NCBI RefSeq assembly: GCF_018350175.1
Contig: NC_058368.1
Coordinates: 134,976,001-135,040,000 of the forward strand
Direction of reading: 5' to 3'
DNA length: 64,000 nucleotides
DNA from: Felis catus
Lineage: Eukaryota
The notes under the pieces were generated by a model. That model worked only from the letters and a program-made list of their open reading frames with translations, had not been told where the DNA came from and made no database searches. A program made the translations under genes and the position numbers. Positions 59,726 to 64,000 of this stretch are shown piece after piece (positions within the stretch are counted from its first letter, which is position 1; each line of letters opens with the position of its first letter).

Positions 59726-59906
59726 TCATATACTATGAATTCTGTCATGTCCCCAACACTTACTGTTTGTCCTTTGAAGCAGAGACTTGGGGTGACCGCA
59801 TCCGAGCTCTTATTGTCTTACGGAAATGGCTCCTTCACTGGAGGACCATTTTAGTGCAAATTAGACCTATCAGCCAGACTCCAGACACTACTACTTCCAG
59901 TAGTAC

Positions 59907-60012
59907 CTCAGCACAGAGCCCAACATGAGGCTCAATCCCACGACCTTGGGATCATGACCTGAGCTGAAATCAAGAGTTGGAAGCTCAACCGACTGAGCCA
60001 CCCAGGCGCCCC
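59907..60012 (-). mobile_element. CanSINE 5' half only (no CT tract or tail)
   Basis: ctcagcacagagcccaacatgaggctc...gactgagccacccaggcgcccc. Confidence 0.88.
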
Positions 60013-60915
60013 TCAGTCTCTACTATTTTAAATGATAGCTTTTCAGTTGTGTAAGCCTAACAGAGCTTGAGAATACTGATGTATTTTCAAGATTCCCCTC
60101 TACGTTCCCTCTCTCACCCCTTGAGATGAGGCTTGAGAATGCTATGTTCAAGGTAATGCCTGGTAATTTTGCCCAGGTTTGGTTAATATATCTTTCCCTC
60201 TTTAATCTGTGCATGCTCCATGTCCTAACATCTATTCCTTACCAGACCAGAAGTTTTTAAATGTGCAAGCCTATTGTGCCTGGGGAAAAATGTTGAACTT
60301 TTGCCTTTGTAATAAGATATGCTCCAATTACCAACTTTAGCAATTTAATATAGTTGAATAATAACTGAATGAGACACTTTGTCACTCAGTCATTATTCAA
60401 GCTCCTACTGGGGGTGGAGTGAGATGTTGCTGGAGGTCAGCCTATTCCCGGGGGAGCTTAGCCGCACAAATCGACTGAGAGATTTTTTTTAAAAAACAAT
60501 GTTACAAAAATGAAAAATTCCAGGAAATAGAAGTCAAACTGCAGATTTTCAAAACACTATAAAAGCTCAAGTTCAATTTTTAAAAACGGCATCATGCTTG
60601 GTGTTAATTTATAAGCACGGATACTATGTTGGAGAGATAGAGCAACCACCTGGATAATTCAATCTAAGGAGTGCTTTGTAGGTGGACGGGATCCAGATAG
60701 ATGAGATCATTTTCACATGGGCTAGAGATACGTGAAAATTTCCCCTCACCCTACACTGCATGTTACCTCAGATTCTGAAGACACTCCAGGATTCATTACA
60801 AGCTTCAAGCACTTTACCTTGCTTTGATGTGTACCAAGACATTTCTCTTGAAAATTCAAGGTCTCTGTATTTATATGTGAACCCTGAAGAAGCCAAGGAT
60901 TTTTGTTTATTTTAG

Positions 60916-60916
60916 T

Positions 60917-60992
<76 letters not shown>

Positions 60993-60994
60993 TC
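60916..60994. repeat. (TTTC)~20 tetranucleotide STR
   Basis: 79 nt uninterrupted. Confidence 0.97.
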
Positions 60995-63234
60995 AGGGGT
61001 ACTGTTCCTGTATCTAGGACTGAGGCTTCATTTGCCAATGAAGAAACTATCATAGGCAGACTTTGAATTTCTGTACTTAGTGTATATAATGTGTTCTAGA
61101 GTCTCATGAAAGTTAATCAGGGAAAATCCAAGTGGCATGGCAGCCTTAGAGAAATAGGGTGTGGTCATTTGGGAAGGCTGCCTCTCCCTCTGGAAAGGCA
61201 CCTGGTTAAAACGAGGCTGGGTCACAGGGTGTTGGGTCAGTAATGGCTGCCGTAGGGTAGGGATAGACGAAAGCTCTAAGGAAAGATATGGCACTCTTCC
61301 AGGGCAGAGGGATCCTGATTCCTGCAGACCCACAGTGCTCATTTTGTGTGTGAACATCACTACTAAAGAGGTAATAAAAGTTTCTTGATTTCATATTTCT
61401 ACAAGGCAGGACCTCACTGGCTGTCTAGCCCAAGGATATTTCACTAGAAGATGTAGGACACTTGCAGGAGTTCTGGAAAAAGTTCTGAAAGGTATAGAAA
61501 GCCCTGAGAGACAGATACCCCAGCAAAAGAGGACCAGAGATCTCATGGGAGTAGCTCCTCATCATTCACCTCCTCTCCTATCCCTACCCCACTGTATGCC
61601 AATCCCTAGGGTTTTATAAGCTCCTGACCAGGTTGAGGGACCAAGCACAGGTCAAAAAACAAAAACAAAAACAAAAACACTCCAGGTCTGGGCTGACAAA
61701 TTATTTAAGGCATCTCAAGGGGTTTTACAATTATTTATAATCTGTGGCAGTGATACCTACTTTTGTTAACCAAAATTTGTGTCATTTCTGGGGTATCATA
61801 AATAGAAATGCTTACAGTCAAGTAAGCATTCACGCAATAGATGGGTTTCCTTGACGGGAGAACTAGCCAAATGATGTATTTCTTGAAAGTCACCAAAGAT
61901 ATCACTTTTACATGGACACAGATAGAAGTTAAAAAACACTTTGCCTAAAGCATATACATTTCTCCATTTTATCCATGCCCTATGAACACAGAGAAAATCC
62001 TAGTCTTTGCATCATATTTCAGCTCAGGGAACAGAACTGCTTATCTGAAAAGTTGCAGTGGCCCTGGCCCGAAGAATATTCAGCTTTTGTCCCACTGGAA
62101 TCAAAATCCTCATTTCCCTGTCTTGGTGCACCTTGAACTGGTTTTTAGAGAGAAACAGATTGATTGCCCTATAGTGGAGATGGCAAGAGAAACTCTAAGC
62201 CACATATTGGTAAATGCGAAGCCTCCATCAGCATCATATGCCCCTTTGGAAGCAAACGGAATGATCTTGGTTATGGTCTTCAGTTGTGTCCAAGCTATGG
62301 CCTTACCTGACTACTCATCTTCCCTCATTTGAGCCTGATCTGATGGCCACACCCCATCTCTACATCAACACCAGCTCAAGTTCCTCCTTCGGACCGACTC
62401 CTTCTTGCTATGCCAAGGGCCACTCTTAGCCTCTGTTTCTGATTTTATCAGCTTTAGTCTACCAAGTCTTAGTCTAAGCTGCCATAGTGGATTATTCAAG
62501 CTGAACACATATATGTCTGCTAGCCCAACCGAGGCCAATGCACATCAGGAAGACCTAACCTCGTCCGAGGCCCTTGCTCTGGCTCAGTGCCTCTGGCATC
62601 TGTTGCACAACTGGGCACTACGGGAAGCATGGTTGCCATCCACAAAGACCAAGATGGAAAATATAAGCCATTCATTTGGCAACAATGTTGGCATCTTCTT
62701 TAATTCATGCTGCCAAGCCCTGACCAGAAAGATCTTGGCCTGTTTATTGCCCAATGCAGTCAGTCCAGACTCAAGGCGGCTTGTCATGGTGAGTAGAGCC
62801 AGGTCATGGTGGGCAGAGCCAGCTCTAATGAGATTTATACACTAAAGAAAAGGAAAAGAGAAGGTGATCCAGACTCCATATCAGCCTGTGCCCACCAGAC
62901 CCAAGCTAGAGGAAAATCTAGAAAACTTCATGAAACTAAACAGGAAAAGGTTTTTTTTTTTTAATTATTATTATTTAGAAAATGACCAAAAATATTCTCC
63001 CCTTTAAATATTTTGATTTGGTTTTCATAGGAAAACCTGAATATGTTTTCTGCCCATATAAAGCTTATGTGATCTTTTTCCAGGAATAATGGAAAGAGTA
63101 AAATAGACGTGGAAAAGTAAGCAACTGGAGTAGGGGACATGTTACAATATAGAGAAGAGCTGTGTCACTGCTGCCTACAGAGTGATAATCCTATGTCCCA
63201 AGTGATCTTGAAAGCACCTTAAAGAAGCCAGGGA

Positions 63235-63435
63235 GAAAAGTAAGCACTTGCGAATACATTTCTCTCATTTTATCCTCTCCCCAAATCTTTCAAGTTAAGT
63301 GTTGTTTCCCCCATTTTGCCAATAAGGAAACTGAGGCAGCCTCACAAAAGTGAAAGTGTTGCTCAAGTTTGCAAAACTAACAAGTGGTTGTGTTGGGAGA
63401 TGAGCCCAGTCTAGCAGACACCAAGGCTCATAACT
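63235..63435 (-). mobile_element. MIR
   Basis: ccccattttgccaataaggaaactgaggc...tgctcaagtttgcaaaactaacaagtgg. Confidence 0.75.
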
Positions 63436-64000
63436 ACCTCCAATTAAGGACTGTCATTAACTTAGACAACTGTCTTCTCCCCGAAGCATACGCCAAAAGA
63501 AGTTAACCAACATTCCAAGACAATGTCATCAGGGAGAGCACGGTCAAGTTACCATTGAAGGAGTCCTTCCAGTACGTTTCCCAAAACTAATACTGGAAGT
63601 GTTGGAAGGTGAGTTTGGTAATTGGTTGACTTTTAATAGATGATTTATTTTAAGCTGCCTGGCCTGATGATGCAACAAGGAAGGGAATGAGCTTGGTTTG
63701 CAGACAGATTTCTGATCTTCTGGGAAGTGTTTCTGCTTTAATAAGCTTTGACTCTCAAAGGAAATTCCTAAGGACACTCAGTCACCTGGCTGAGCTGCCA
63801 GGTCTGTAAATACACACCTGCCCATGTGCACACAAATGTATCAGAATAGATAATTCTGTAGTGAGGGCAGTGCTGCTTTCATCAGGGAGCAGTCTATTGT
63901 AAATAGCAAGGAGAAGACTGTTGGGAGGAAATGTTTTTTTTTGCTTTTAACTTGCGTCCAGTGATTGGAAACTGCAAATTAATGACCACAGATAGATTAA

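Noticed and set aside
62405..62845. 146-aa ORF
   Set aside because: Non-ATG start, partly L2-like sequence, and no recognisable domain.
1..64000. A novel multi-gene system, or a named host gene for the locus
   Set aside because: No coding exon chain, intact transposase, ERV internal genes or RNA gene could be supported, and I cannot identify the locus without a genome search.

Overview
Mammalian, almost certainly felid (cat-like), non-coding DNA, either intergenic or deep intronic. The assignment rests on about 36 carnivore tRNA-derived CanSINEs, six of them near-identical young copies of the feline SINEC_Fc type. I found no recognisable protein-coding gene, RNA gene, CRISPR array or prokaryotic-type system. 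The listed ORFs are SINE/L1/LTR/microsatellite read-through or chance. A large part of the window is transposon-derived: CanSINEs, L1 (one with a clean twin-priming inversion), L2/MIR, MaLR and ERVL solo LTRs, hAT MITEs, and fossil hAT transposase coding sequence. The most informative signals are (i) mutational footprints: the twin-primed L1, two template-switch micro-rearrangements, a SINE insertion with a target deletion, and repeated reuse of insertion sites; (ii) repeat-poor unique blocks with dense TF-motif clusters (ETS/RUNX/PU.1 near 53.0 kb, AP-1/SP near 47.2 kb); and (iii) a few isolated micro-exon-like splice configurations. I do not see support for a novel multi-gene biological system. 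Repeat subfamily names are from recall of consensus sequences and need Dfam/RepeatMasker confirmation, and boundaries of old repeats are approximate.
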